From positions 1-64,000 of the forward strand of contig JBBRLX010000020.1 in assembly GCA_038231135.1 (NCBI GenBank): a DNA stretch of 64,000 nt, written 5' to 3'. This document shows, one piece after another, positions 19,157 through 29,501 of this stretch (the first letter of the stretch is position 1; each line of letters starts with the position of its first letter). Both the position numbers and the translations under genes were made by a program. The notes beneath the pieces were generated by a model, which saw only the letters and a list, made by a program, of their open reading frames with translations, made no database searches and was not told the DNA's origin. Source of the DNA: Candidatus Eiseniibacteriota bacterium. Its GTDB lineage: Bacteria; Eisenbacteria; RBG-16-71-46.

Positions 19157-22100
19157 TCCGGATCCTCGAGTTCATCGACCGGAGCCGCAGCGCGATCATC
19201 GCGACGCTCACGCTGCTGTTCCTGGGGGGGGTGGCGGGCGCGCTCCGCATGCCCGCCGCGATCCTGCCGGAAGTGACGTTCCCGCGCATCAGCGTGATCG
19301 CCGACAGCGGTGAGCGGCCGGCCGAGGACATGGTCCGCAGCGTCACGCGTCCGATCGAGGAGGCGGTGCGGCGGGTGCCCGAACTGGTCCAGGTGCGCTC
19401 GACCACCAGCCGGGGCTCGGCCGAGATCCACCTCGACTGCGACTGGCGCGCGTCGATGCCGCGCGCGCTGCAACAGGTCCAGGCGCAGATCGACGCGATC
19501 CGCCAGCGGCTGCCGGCCGGCACCACCGTCGAGGCGCGGCTGATGAGCCCGGTGCTGTTTCCGGTGGTGGGACTCTCGCTGACGTCGAAGACGCGCACGC
19601 CGGCCGAGCTGCGCGATCTGGCGGTCATGCAGATCCAGCCGGCGCTGACGCGGCTCGAGGGCGTGGCGGACGTGGTGATCCAGGGTGGCGAGCGGCCGGA
19701 GGCCCGCGTGACGCTCGATCCGCACGCGCTCGAGGCGCGGCATCTCGATCCGGCACGCGTGGCGGAGGTCGTGCAGAAGGCCACCGAGCTGCAGCCGGTG
19801 GGACTGTTGCCGTCGAACGGCGAGTTCTATCTCGCGCTCGCCGACGCCCGCCCGGCCAACCTCGCCGCGCTGCGCGCGGTGCCGGTGCCGGTCGACAGCG
19901 GCGCGCCCGTTCCGCTCGGTTCGCTCGGGGACGTGGCGCTCGCCGCGATCCCGGAATTCACCCGCTATGCCGCCGGGCCCGGGCCGGCCGTGCTGGTCAA
20001 CATCCTGCGCAAGCCGTCGGCGAGCACGCTCGGGGTGTCGAAGGGTGTCCACGCGTGGTTCGCCGCCCATAGCACCCTGGTGCCGGCCGACGTGCGCGTC
20101 GAAACGTTCTACGACCAGTCGGACCTCGTCAGCGCCTCGGTCGGGAGCGTGCGCGACAGCCTGCTCGTCGGCGCCCTGATGGCGGTGATCGTGGTGCTGT
20201 TATTCCTGCGCAGCGTCCGGCTCGGCATCGCCGGCGCGGTCGTGCTGCCGGGGGCGATCGGGCTCACGCTCGCAGGACTGGCGCTCACCGGCCAGGCGCT
20301 CAATCTGATGACGCTCGGCGGCATCGCGGCGGCCGTGGGGCTGGTCCTCGACGACGCGATCGTGATCGTCGAGCATCTCGCGCATCGCGCGGTCGCGGGC
20401 ATGACCCGCGCGCACATCCGCGAGGCGACCGCCGAGATCGTTCCGATCCTCACCGGCTCCAGCCTGTGCACGCTCGCGATCTTCGTTCCGTTCATGTACC
20501 TCGACGGCGTCGCCGGGGCGTTCTTCCGCGTGCTCGCGCTGTCGATGGCGTTGATGCTGTCGAGCTCGTGGATGCTGTGCGTGGTCGTCGCGCCGTGGTT
20601 CGCGGTCGCCGGCCCGGCCCACGCGGAGCGCACCGGGCGGCTGGCGCGCACGCTCGATCGCGGGCTCATCCCCACGCTGCGGTGGCGGTGGATCGCGGTC
20701 GCGGTGCCGGTGCTGCTGCTGCTGTGTGTGATCCCGCTGCGCGCCACGCTCGGTTCGGGGTTCCTGCCCGAGATGGACGAGGGCGCGCTGATCCTCGATT
20801 TCGTGGCGCCGGCCGGCATGTCGGCGATCGAGACCGACCGGATGCTGCGCCGCGTGGAGGCCGGCTTCGCGGATGTGCCCGAGATCGCCGCGTGGTCGCG
20901 CCGCACCGGGGATCAGCTCGGGTTCTTCATCACGGAATCCAACAACGGCGACTATGTGCTGCGGCTGAAGGACAAGCGCCAGCGCTCCGCGGACGCGATC
21001 GCGGACGCGATCCGCGGCCGGATCGAGGCCACGCAGCCGGCGCTCGAGGTCGAGTTCGGACAGCTCGTCGAGGACGTGGTCGGGGACCTCACCACGGCGC
21101 CCCAGCCGATCGAGGTGCGAGTCCTCGGCGAGGACCGTGTCGTCGACGAGCAGCGCGCCCAGCAGGTGGCGCACATGCTGGCGGCGGTGCGCGGCGTGGT
21201 GGACGTCCGCAGCGGCGTGGTGGTGAGCGGTCCCAATGTCGCGATCGTACCCGGGGCCGGCGCCCGTCGGAACGGCATCGACGCCGCCATGCTGGCGAGC
21301 CAGGTGTCACCCTACGTGCAGGGACTCGATGCCGGCCAGATCACCCGCGGCGTCCGCGCGTGGCCGATCCGGATCGTGCTGCCGTCGCCGCCCGGTAGCG
21401 TCGGACCCCTGCAACTCGAGGACGTCCGGGTGCCGGTGGGGCCGGGCCGCTGGGCCCGGCTCGGGGAGCTCGCGACCGTGCGCGTCGAGCCCGGGGAGAC
21501 CGAGATCCATCGCGACAACCAGCGCACGCTGACCGCTGCGACCGCCCGGTTGTCGGGGCGCGATCTGGGATCGGCGATGACCGAGATCCAGCGCCGGGTG
21601 GCGCGCGAGATTCCGCTCGGCCCCGGAATGAGCGTCCAGTATGGCGGCCTGTGGGCCGAGCAACAGTCGTCGTTCCGCGGCCTCGCGATCGTGCTGCTGG
21701 GTGCGGTGGCGGCCGTGATGCTGGTGCTGATATTTTCGTTCCGCTCCTGGTGGCGCACGGGAGCGGTCCTGCTGGTCGCGGCCGCGTCGCTCATGGGGGT
21801 GTTCGTCGCGCTGCACGTGGGCCAGGCGACGTTCAACATCATGAGCTTCGTGGGCGCCATCATGGTGGTCGGCATCGTGGCCGAGAACGCGTACTTTCTG
21901 GTGGCGGCGTTCGATGCCGAACTCGCGCGCGGCGAGCTTCCCCGCGCGGCGGCCGCGGCCGCCGCGCATCGCCGCCTGCGCCCGGTGCTCATGACCACGG
22001 CGGCCGGCATCGCGGCGCTGGCGCCGCTCGCGCTCGGCGCGGGTTCGGGCAGCGCGTTGTTGCGACCGCTGGCGCTCGCGGTCATCGGCGGATTCACGAA

Positions 22101-22182
22101 CTCGGCACCGCTGCTGCTCATGGTGCTGCCGGGTCTGCTCGCAATCACCCCGGGGGCTGGCCGTGCGCATCCTGGTCGTTGA
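19153..22182 (+). CDS. RND efflux permease (AcrB/CusA superfamily)
   Basis: LPEVTFPRISV, NLMTLGGIAAAVGLVLDDAIVIVE, GFLPEMDEG, RRLRPVLMTT, PLALAVIGG. About 1009 aa. Confidence 0.93.
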   Translation: MIRILEFIDRSRSAIIATLTLLFLGGVAGALRMPAAILPEVTFPRISVIADSGERPAEDMVRSVTRPIEEAVRRVPELVQVRSTTSRGSAEIHLDCDWRASMPRALQQVQAQIDAIRQRLPAGTTVEARLMSPVLFPVVGLSLTSKTRTPAELRDLAVMQIQPALTRLEGVADVVIQGGERPEARVTLDPHALEARHLDPARVAEVVQKATELQPVGLLPSNGEFYLALADARPANLAALRAVPVPVDSGAPVPLGSLGDVALAAIPEFTRYAAGPGPAVLVNILRKPSASTLGVSKGVHAWFAAHSTLVPADVRVETFYDQSDLVSASVGSVRDSLLVGALMAVIVVLLFLRSVRLGIAGAVVLPGAIGLTLAGLALTGQALNLMTLGGIAAAVGLVLDDAIVIVEHLAHRAVAGMTRAHIREATAEIVPILTGSSLCTLAIFVPFMYLDGVAGAFFRVLALSMALMLSSSWMLCVVVAPWFAVAGPAHAERTGRLARTLDRGLIPTLRWRWIAVAVPVLLLLCVIPLRATLGSGFLPEMDEGALILDFVAPAGMSAIETDRMLRRVEAGFADVPEIAAWSRRTGDQLGFFITESNNGDYVLRLKDKRQRSADAIADAIRGRIEATQPALEVEFGQLVEDVVGDLTTAPQPIEVRVLGEDRVVDEQRAQQVAHMLAAVRGVVDVRSGVVVSGPNVAIVPGAGARRNGIDAAMLASQVSPYVQGLDAGQITRGVRAWPIRIVLPSPPGSVGPLQLEDVRVPVGPGRWARLGELATVRVEPGETEIHRDNQRTLTAATARLSGRDLGSAMTEIQRRVAREIPLGPGMSVQYGGLWAEQQSSFRGLAIVLLGAVAAVMLVLIFSFRSWWRTGAVLLVAAASLMGVFVALHVGQATFNIMSFVGAIMVVGIVAENAYFLVAAFDAELARGELPRAAAAAAAHRRLRPVLMTTAAGIAALAPLALGAGSGSALLRPLALAVIGGFTNSAPLLLMVLPGLLAITPGAGRAHPGR

Positions 22183-22846
22183 AGACAGCGCGCCCACCCG
22201 GGACCTGCTGCAGCGCTCGCTGGAAGGCGCCGGGCACACGGTGACGCTCGCGTCGCGCAGCTCCAGCGGTTACAAGGCCGCGATGCGCGGCGACTTCGAA
22301 GTGCTGGTGATCGACATCATGCTGCCCGACGGCAACGGCCTCGAGCTGTGCCGGCGGCTCCGCCAGGATGGCGTCACGGCGCCCATTCTGTTCCTGAGCG
22401 CCCGCGGCGAGGTGTCGGACCGCATCGCGGGACTCGACGCCGGCGCCGACGACTATCTGCGCAAGCCATTCGCGCTCGCCGAGCTGCACGCCCGGGTGCG
22501 GGCGCTCGGCCGGCGGACCGGAACCGCGGCGCCGGCGCACCTGACGCGGGGCGGAGTGCGCATTGATTTCTCCGCGCGGCAGCTGGTGCGGGATGGCGAT
22601 ACGATCCCGCTCACGGCGCGCGAATGGGCGGTGCTCGAGGTGCTCGCGGCCCGCGCGGGGCGCGTGGTGCCGCGCGCCGATGTACTCGATGCCGCGTGGC
22701 CCGACGCCCGCAGCGACGCCTCGGAGAGCCTCGATGTGATCGTCAGCCGGCTGCGCCGCAAACTGGGCGCCGCGGGCGGCATGGAATGGATCCGCACGGT
22801 GCGCGGCGAGGGCTATGTGTTCGAGACCGGACCGGGCGGCGCATGA
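22163..22846 (+). CDS. OmpR-family response regulator
   Basis: ILVVED, DIMLPDGNG, GLDAGADDYLRKPF, LDVIVSRLRRKL, IRTVRGEGY. Confidence 0.93.
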   Translation: MRILVVEDSAPTRDLLQRSLEGAGHTVTLASRSSSGYKAAMRGDFEVLVIDIMLPDGNGLELCRRLRQDGVTAPILFLSARGEVSDRIAGLDAGADDYLRKPFALAELHARVRALGRRTGTAAPAHLTRGGVRIDFSARQLVRDGDTIPLTAREWAVLEVLAARAGRVVPRADVLDAAWPDARSDASESLDVIVSRLRRKLGAAGGMEWIRTVRGEGYVFETGPGGA

Positions 22847-24195
22847 GCGGGCCCTCGCTGGCATCGCGGCTCACGCTCGTCCAGCAGGCGACCACGCTGG
22901 CGGCGATCGTGGTATTCGCCGGATCGTCGCTGGCGCTCACGGCGCACGTGCTGCGCACCCAGCAGGACGCGTTCCTGGTGGAAACGGCCCGGCGCATGGC
23001 TCACGCCTACGACGATGAGCTGATCGAGCAGCACGACCCGGTGCTGGCGGCTGCGGCGGTGGTGCGCGAGGACGCCACGCCCGGGGTCACGGTGCTGCTC
23101 ACGGACGCCGCGGGCCGCACGCTCGGGAGTTTCGGCGCCAACGGATCCCGGCGGCATGCCGGATCCGTCGCCGAGAGCCCGCCGGGGCCGCGCGTCGCGA
23201 TCGCGCACAGTGCCAGTGGCGCGATCGTTCGGGCGTCGATGAGCGACGCGCTCTATCACGCCGGCATGACGGCGCTCGGCCGGTCGCTGCTGCTGGCGGC
23301 GCTGCCGCTGCTGCTGCTCAGCCTGCTGCTGGGGCAGTGGATCGCGCGACGCTCGCTGCGGCCGCTGTCGGCGATGGCCGCCCGCGCGGGCGGCATCGCG
23401 ATCGACCGCGGCGAGCGATCGCTCGGGCCGCGCGCCGGGTTCGAGGAGATCGACCGGCTGTCGGGCGCGTTCGACCGGCTGCTCGCGCGCCTCGACGACG
23501 CGCTGCGAGCCGAGCGCCGGCTCACCGCCGACGCCTCGCACGAGCTGCGGACTCCGCTCACCGTGATTTCGGGCGAGCTCGAAATCGCGACCGAGCGTGC
23601 CGCGGCGGTTCACGATTCGCGGCTCGACGACAGCCTGCGCACCGCGTCGCGACAGGTCCGGGCGCTGCGCGAGCTGGTCGACGCGATCCTGCTGCTCCAT
23701 CGCAGCGGCGACGTGACGGCGCTGCAGAATTCCCCGTTCGAACCGGTGAACCTGTCGGACCTGGTGCGGGAGGTGGTGACCGATTGCGGGCTGCGGCTGC
23801 CGGGCCGGGTGCGCGACCTCGCGGTCGAGGCTCCCGACGAGGTGCTCGTGGCCGGCCACGCCGGACTGCTGGAATCGGCGATCCGGAATCTCGTCGACAA
23901 CGCGATTCAGTTCACCCGGCGCGGCGAGCCGGTGCGGATCCGGGTGAGTGCCGATGGCGCCGTCACCCGCGTGGTGACCGAGGATGGTGGACCCGGCCTG
24001 CCCCCCGGCGAGGAGCAGCGCATCTTCGATCCGTTCTATCGCGGCGCCGAGGCTCGCGCCGGCGCGGGCGGCTCCGGGCTCGGCCTGCCGATCCTGCGAC
24101 GGGTGGCGCACGCCCACGGGGGAGACGTGGTGGCCGGCCGTTCCGAGCTGGGGGGCGCCCGGTTCGAGCTCACGCTGCCCGCACTGGGGGAGTGA
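22843..24195 (+). CDS. HAMP sensor histidine kinase
   Basis: Two TM helices, HAMP, DASHELRTPL, NLVDNA, DGGPG, GSGLGL. ATGA overlap. Confidence 0.92.
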   Translation: MSGPSLASRLTLVQQATTLAAIVVFAGSSLALTAHVLRTQQDAFLVETARRMAHAYDDELIEQHDPVLAAAAVVREDATPGVTVLLTDAAGRTLGSFGANGSRRHAGSVAESPPGPRVAIAHSASGAIVRASMSDALYHAGMTALGRSLLLAALPLLLLSLLLGQWIARRSLRPLSAMAARAGGIAIDRGERSLGPRAGFEEIDRLSGAFDRLLARLDDALRAERRLTADASHELRTPLTVISGELEIATERAAAVHDSRLDDSLRTASRQVRALRELVDAILLLHRSGDVTALQNSPFEPVNLSDLVREVVTDCGLRLPGRVRDLAVEAPDEVLVAGHAGLLESAIRNLVDNAIQFTRRGEPVRIRVSADGAVTRVVTEDGGPGLPPGEEQRIFDPFYRGAEARAGAGGSGLGLPILRRVAHAHGGDVVAGRSELGGARFELTLPALGE

Positions 24196-24283
24196 CCGGG
24201 TTTTGCTGGGAATCTTGGGCAAGTAACTGATATTGTGATAGTTGCCACCCGCCTGGCGCTCTATCACCGGGGAACATGCGACT

Positions 24284-26824
24284 ATGAAAACGCGCGCAGC
24301 ATGTTTGGCCGCGGCCGTCCTGCTTTGGAATTCCTCCGCCCAGGCGGCAGACGAGATTCACTGGACCATCACCGGTCCCAAATCGGTGACGTTCGACTGG
24401 CGGGGACCGGAGAGCTCGATCGAGTTCGGCCTCACACCGGCACTCGGCCGTTCGGTGACCGCCGTGACGCCCGATCCGTTGCCATTCTCCTCGGCCGGCC
24501 CGTTCTGGGAGGCCCGCCTCACGGGGCTCGAACCCGATACGCTGTATCGCTGGTCCATCGGCGGCGGGGCCCAGCACACATTCCGCACCCCGCGTGGCCC
24601 GGGCAAGGCGAATTTCTCGGTGTATGCCGAGGCGGACATCGGCAGCACGCTGAACTACTTCCGCGCCGGCGCGATCCAGAACATGATCGGCGCCGACCCG
24701 CCGGCATTCACGCTCATGATCGGCGACCTCACCTACGGCAACGCCAAGGGGGCCGCGGCGGTGGATCGGCATTTCAACGATGTGATGGCCTGGTCCCTGA
24801 ATTCCGCCTACATGCCGGCGTGGGGCAATCACGAGTACGAAGCCGACGCGTACGCCGACGACTTCCGAAACTACAAAGGCCGGTTCGACCTCCCGCATCC
24901 GCAGACTTCGCCCAATGCCCCGCAGCCGGGCGGGCTGGGGGAGGACTGGTCGTGGTTCGACTACGGGAACACCCGATTCATCGCGTATCCCGAGCCGTTC
25001 TCGGGAGCGATCGCCGACTGGTATCCCAGGGCCAGGGCGTTGATGGACTCGGCCCAGGCGAATCCGCTGATCTCGTTCATCGTCACGTTCGGGCACCGGC
25101 CGGCCTATTCTTCGGGGCATCACCCCGGGAGCAACACGCTCAAGGGCTACCTCGACGCGCTGGGTGCGGCGCACAGCAAGTACGTGCTCAATCTCAACGG
25201 GCATTCACACGACTACGAACGCACCTACCCCCAGCACGGCGTGATCCACATCACCGCGGGCGGCGGTGGCGGTGCCCTGGAAGAGGACCCGTCCGGCACG
25301 TGCCTGTGGCACGGCGGTTGTCCGGCGCCGGCGTACACCGCGTTCCGCGCCTACCACCACAGCGCGGTCAAGTTCATCGTGTCGTCCACCACACTCACCG
25401 TGCAGGCGATCTGCGGACCGGCGGGTGACACTGGCTCGAGCAAGAACGACATCACCTGCAGTGAGGGCAGCATTTTCGACAGTACGACGATCGTCGTGAA
25501 GCCTCCCGACGGCATCATCGACACTCCGATCTCGAACCAGACGATCCTCGCCGGCCAGAGCATAAAATGGTCTGGCACCGGCATCGAGCACGACAACGAC
25601 AACGATCCGCTGTACTTCACCTGGAACTTCGGCGGCGCCGCGGCGGATTCGCACGTGGAGGATCCGGGGCCCGTGGTGTTCAACACCCCCGGCACGTACC
25701 TCGTCACGTTCACGGTTCGGGATTCGGAGGGTTTCCAGGATCCGACCCCCGACACGCGGGTGATCACCGTGTCGCCGGGTGGCGCGAACCAGACGCCCCG
25801 CGCGGTGCTCGACATGCTGCCCAACACCGGCAACGCGCCGCTCGTGACGATGCTCGACGCCGGCGCATCGAGCGATCCCGATGGCAGCGTGGTGTCCTAC
25901 GCGTTCGACTTCGGCGACGGCGTCACCGCCGGCCCGGATACCACGCGGCTGCGATCGCACACCTACGTCGCAGGCAGTTATACGGCGCGCCTGACGGTCA
26001 AGGACAACCGCGGCGGCAGCGCGACCGTGACCACGCCGGTCCTCGTGGCCGCCGTGCAGAGCGGGCCCAATCTCGCCGCCAACCCGTCGTTCGAGACCAC
26101 TCTCGCCGGCTGGGCAGGCTATGCCGGCGCCACGCTCCAGCGTGTGGCGGGTGGATTCGACCACGCCTGGGCCGCCCGGGCGGCCGGGCCCCAGACCATG
26201 GCCGCGTTCGGCATCAACGACAGTCCGAACACGATCGCGCGGACCCCGGGGGCCCAGATGCGGTATCGCTTCACGGTCTGGGTGCGCTCGGACGCGGGCG
26301 GCGGGTCGGCCCGGCTCCAGGTGCGCGAGTTCAGCGGCAGCCTCAAGGTCGGCGCCACCACGCTGTCGCCGCCGCTGACGCTGACCCGGACCTGGCAGCC
26401 GGTGACGGCGGACTTCGTTTGCCAGCAGGCCGGCACCACGCTGGATCTGCAGATCCTCGACTATCCCGCGCTGCCCGGTGAGGCTTTCTTCGCGGACAAC
26501 GTTTCCGTCCGAATCCAAAGTGCCACGACGAGCGTCGAACCAATGTCGAATGTCGGGTTGTCGGCGCGCATCGTTCCGAACCCCATACGGGGGCGCGGGG
26601 AGCTGGCGTTGGTGCTGCCGGACGCGGGTCCGGTCCGCATTCGCGTGGTCGATCTGACCGGCCGCCTGGTCCGCGTGCTGCTCGACGGACGGGTGCTGTC
26701 GGCCGGCGAACACCACATCCCGTTCGACGACGCACAGCGTCCGCCGCTTCGACAGGGTATTTATTACTGCCGCATCGAGACGGCCGCACAGGCGATCACA
26801 CAGCGGTTCGCGATTCTCGAATGA
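24284..26824 (+). CDS. Secreted purple-acid-phosphatase-like metallophosphoesterase with two PKD domains, a CBM-like domain and a T9SS-like C-terminal domain
   Basis: ADIG, GDLTYG, GNHE, GHRP, GHSHDYER. PKD motifs WNFGG and FDFGDG. NLAANPSFE CBM-like start. C-terminal VPNP..DLTGRLV..GIYY. Confidence 0.85.
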   Translation: MKTRAACLAAAVLLWNSSAQAADEIHWTITGPKSVTFDWRGPESSIEFGLTPALGRSVTAVTPDPLPFSSAGPFWEARLTGLEPDTLYRWSIGGGAQHTFRTPRGPGKANFSVYAEADIGSTLNYFRAGAIQNMIGADPPAFTLMIGDLTYGNAKGAAAVDRHFNDVMAWSLNSAYMPAWGNHEYEADAYADDFRNYKGRFDLPHPQTSPNAPQPGGLGEDWSWFDYGNTRFIAYPEPFSGAIADWYPRARALMDSAQANPLISFIVTFGHRPAYSSGHHPGSNTLKGYLDALGAAHSKYVLNLNGHSHDYERTYPQHGVIHITAGGGGGALEEDPSGTCLWHGGCPAPAYTAFRAYHHSAVKFIVSSTTLTVQAICGPAGDTGSSKNDITCSEGSIFDSTTIVVKPPDGIIDTPISNQTILAGQSIKWSGTGIEHDNDNDPLYFTWNFGGAAADSHVEDPGPVVFNTPGTYLVTFTVRDSEGFQDPTPDTRVITVSPGGANQTPRAVLDMLPNTGNAPLVTMLDAGASSDPDGSVVSYAFDFGDGVTAGPDTTRLRSHTYVAGSYTARLTVKDNRGGSATVTTPVLVAAVQSGPNLAANPSFETTLAGWAGYAGATLQRVAGGFDHAWAARAAGPQTMAAFGINDSPNTIARTPGAQMRYRFTVWVRSDAGGGSARLQVREFSGSLKVGATTLSPPLTLTRTWQPVTADFVCQQAGTTLDLQILDYPALPGEAFFADNVSVRIQSATTSVEPMSNVGLSARIVPNPIRGRGELALVLPDAGPVRIRVVDLTGRLVRVLLDGRVLSAGEHHIPFDDAQRPPLRQGIYYCRIETAAQAITQRFAILE

Positions 26825-26843
26825 TCCCGGTCGGAGGTGCGCC

Positions 26844-26993
26844 ATGTTGTGGACGATCGCAGTGGTGCTGTTCGTGTTGTGGGCGCTGGGGTTCCTGGTG
26901 TTCCACGTGGCCGGCGGACTCATCCATCTGCTGGTGGTGTTCGCCATCATCGTCGTGTTGTTCCGTGTGATCCGGGGCCGGCCCGCGGTCTGA
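26844..26993 (+). CDS. Small membrane protein (lmo0937/DUF5670-like), 49 aa, absent from the ORF track
   Basis: GGAGG RBS. MLWTIAVVLFVLWALGFLVFHVAGGLIHLLVVFAIIVVLFRVIRGRPAV*. Confidence 0.85.
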   Translation: MLWTIAVVLFVLWALGFLVFHVAGGLIHLLVVFAIIVVLFRVIRGRPAV

Positions 26994-27045
26994 CGCCGCT
27001 GCCCCGCGATCCTGCCGTCCACGTTCCCACCCACCGGGAGGCCGC

Positions 27046-27528
27046 ATGCCCAGGACTGCCACGCCGTCCGATTCAAAAGTCACGCGCAGGCAGCTCATCG
27101 ACGCGCTCAACGAGGACCTGAGCCGTGAGTACCAGGCGGTGATCGCCTACGTCGTGTATTCGCAGGTGATGAAGGGTGCCGAGTACATGAGCATCGCTGC
27201 GGAGCTCGAGAAGCACGCGCACGAGGAACTCGCGCACGCGCTGATCGTGGCGAAGCAGGTCGACTACCTGGGAGGCATGCCCAGTGTGACCCCCAAGCCG
27301 GTCAAGACCTCGACGAAGGCGCGGGACATGCTGAAGTTCGACCTCGACAACGAGACCGAGACGATCCGCAACTACCGGCAGCGGGTCCGCCAGTGCGAAG
27401 CACTCGAGGAATACGCGATGGCCGAGGAGATCCGGACGATCCTGGTGCAGGAGCAGGAACACCAGATCGATCTGGCCACGGCGCTCGGCATCGACGTTCC
27501 CAACATGTCGAAGACCGGGAAGTCTTGA
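27046..27528 (+). CDS. Ferritin-like / bacterioferritin-like diiron protein
   Basis: LNEDLSREY..EELAH..YLGG..E..EQEH four-helix diiron pattern. GGGAGG RBS. Confidence 0.85.
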   Translation: MPRTATPSDSKVTRRQLIDALNEDLSREYQAVIAYVVYSQVMKGAEYMSIAAELEKHAHEELAHALIVAKQVDYLGGMPSVTPKPVKTSTKARDMLKFDLDNETETIRNYRQRVRQCEALEEYAMAEEIRTILVQEQEHQIDLATALGIDVPNMSKTGKS

Positions 27529-27536
27529 GGCCCTGA

Positions 27537-27568
27537 CGCCGCCCCGCGCCTGGCGCCGCGGGGCGGCG
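27537..27568. terminator. GC-rich hairpin between convergent genes
   Basis: CGCCGCCCCGCG-N8-CGCGGGGCGGCG, a 12-bp perfect stem with no U-tract. Confidence 0.45.
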
Positions 27569-27577
27569 CGGGGGCGG

Positions 27578-28678
27578 TCAGCCCGCGAGCGTGGCGGACT
27601 CCGTATCGGGGATCACGTCCACGCCCGTGGCCTTGAACGAGGCGAACACGCGCATCCCGGGCCCGAGTCCGAGGGCGTCCGCGGCCTCGCGCGTCACCTC
27701 GGCCACGAGCGGCGGCTCGGTCGCAAGGCTCACCCGCAGCAGCTCGCCCGCGGGGGGCTCCGGAATCAGCTCGTCCACGACGCCGGCGAACACGTTGCGC
27801 GGGCTGCCGGCGGGAGGTTCGCGTGAGATCGAGATGTCGCGCGGCCGGACGATCAGCGTCACGGCGCCCGCCAGGTTCGCGTCCGGCACCAGCACCCGTC
27901 CGCCGCCCACCGCCACCGTCAGCAGCCCGCCCGCCATTCGATCCCCGACCGCGCCGCGCAGGAAATTCACGCCGAGAAACTCGGCCACGTAGGCCGAGGC
28001 CGGCCGCCGCATGAGCTGCTCGGCGCTGCCGAGCTGGGTGAGGCGCCCGCGCTCGAGCACCGCGATCTCGCGGCCGAACGTGAGCGCCTCGGACGCGCTG
28101 TGCGTGACGTAGACCGTGTCGCACGCCAGCGTGCCCAGCAGTTCGCGCAGCTGTCCCCGCACCGCGCGACGAGTCTGGACGTCGAGCGCCGCCAGCGGTT
28201 CGTCGAGCAGCAGCAGCCGCGGCTCGAGCACCAGCGCGCGCGCGAGCGCCGTCCGCTGCTGCTGGCCGCCCGACAGCTCGTGCGGCCGGCGCCGCGACAG
28301 GCCGCCCAGCCCCAGCCGCTCCAACATCACGCCGACGCGTGCGCGCGCTACGCGATCCGGCACGCCCGTCGCCGCGAGCCCGAACGCGACGTTGTCGTGG
28401 ACGTCGAGGTGCGGGAACAGCGCATGATCCTGCGGCACGTAGCCGACCGGGCGTCCGGCCGCGGGAACGAAGATCCCGGCCTGGACGTCCGCCCACGCGA
28501 TGCCGTCGGCCACGATGCGCCCGGCATCCGGCCGCGTCAGCCCCGCGAGCAGCCGCAGCAGCGTGGTCTTGCCGGAGCCGCTTTCGCCCACCACCGCGGT
28601 CACGGTCCGGTCGCGCACGGTGAACCCCGCCGCGAGCTCGAACTCGCCCTGCCGCCTAGCGACCTGGAAGTCCAGCAC
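27578..28678 (-). CDS. modC: Molybdate ABC transporter ATPase with TOBE domain
   Basis: GESGSGKT, LSGGQQQR, LLLDEP, VTH. C-terminal TOBE AEVTREAADALGL..FKAT. Confidence 0.9.
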   Translation of the reverse strand: MLDFQVARRQGEFELAAGFTVRDRTVTAVVGESGSGKTTLLRLLAGLTRPDAGRIVADGIAWADVQAGIFVPAAGRPVGYVPQDHALFPHLDVHDNVAFGLAATGVPDRVARARVGVMLERLGLGGLSRRRPHELSGGQQQRTALARALVLEPRLLLLDEPLAALDVQTRRAVRGQLRELLGTLACDTVYVTHSASEALTFGREIAVLERGRLTQLGSAEQLMRRPASAYVAEFLGVNFLRGAVGDRMAGGLLTVAVGGGRVLVPDANLAGAVTLIVRPRDISISREPPAGSPRNVFAGVVDELIPEPPAGELLRVSLATEPPLVAEVTREAADALGLGPGMRVFASFKATGVDVIPDTESATLAG

Positions 28679-29501
28679 GCGATCGGTTTCCGAGCCACCC
28701 GGTGGGCGCGGCCTTGAGTCCCCACAGCAATCCGAACGACATCACCAGCAGCAGGATCGACAGCACCACGGCCGCGTCGAGATCGGTCTGCTGCGCGACG
28801 TACACCGCGAGCGGCATGGTCTGGGTGGTGCCCGGCAGGTTGCCCGCGAACGTGATCGTCGCCCCGAATTCGCCGAGCGCGCGCGCACAGCACATGGCCG
28901 CCCCCGCGACCAGCGACGGCCGCGCGAGCGGCAGCACCACGCGCGTGAACGCGAAGCCTTCCGACGCCCGCAGCGTCGCGGCGACGTCGAGCAGCCGGGG
29001 GTCGATGCCCGCGAACGCCACGCGCGCCGGCGCCACGAAGAACGGCGCGCCCATGAACACCTGGGCCGTCACCACCGCGGCGGTCGTGAACGGCAACTGG
29101 ATGCCCAGCGCTTTGAGCGCGCCGCCGGCGAGGCCCGCGCGGCCGAACGCCATCAGCAGCGCGAACCCGGCGACCGTCGGCGGCAGCACCATCGGCAGGT
29201 CGCACAGCGTCTCGAGCAGCCGGCGGCCGCGGAATTCGCGGGTGGCGAGCAGGTAGGCTGCCGGCGTGCCGATCGCGATGACGATCGCGGTCGCGACGAG
29301 GCTGGTGACGAGGCTGAGCCGCAACGCACCGGTGACGACCGGGTCCCGGAGCCGGGCGACCACCGCAGTCGGGGACACGCGCAGCAGCAACGCCACGAAC
29401 GGCAGCACGATGAACACGGCGAGCACGGCGGTGCCGGCGATCATCACGGCCTGCAGCGCGGCGTGGCGCGGTGCGCGCCGGTGCTCCCGTGCGCGCGTCA
29501 C
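28656..29501 (-). CDS. modB: Molybdate ABC transporter permease
   Basis: DLPMVLPPTVAG, ARALGEFGATITFAGNLPGTTQTMPLAVY. Confidence 0.93.
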   Translation of the reverse strand: MTRAREHRRAPRHAALQAVMIAGTAVLAVFIVLPFVALLLRVSPTAVVARLRDPVVTGALRLSLVTSLVATAIVIAIGTPAAYLLATREFRGRRLLETLCDLPMVLPPTVAGFALLMAFGRAGLAGGALKALGIQLPFTTAAVVTAQVFMGAPFFVAPARVAFAGIDPRLLDVAATLRASEGFAFTRVVLPLARPSLVAGAAMCCARALGEFGATITFAGNLPGTTQTMPLAVYVAQQTDLDAAVVLSILLLVMSFGLLWGLKAAPTGWLGNRSRAGLPGR

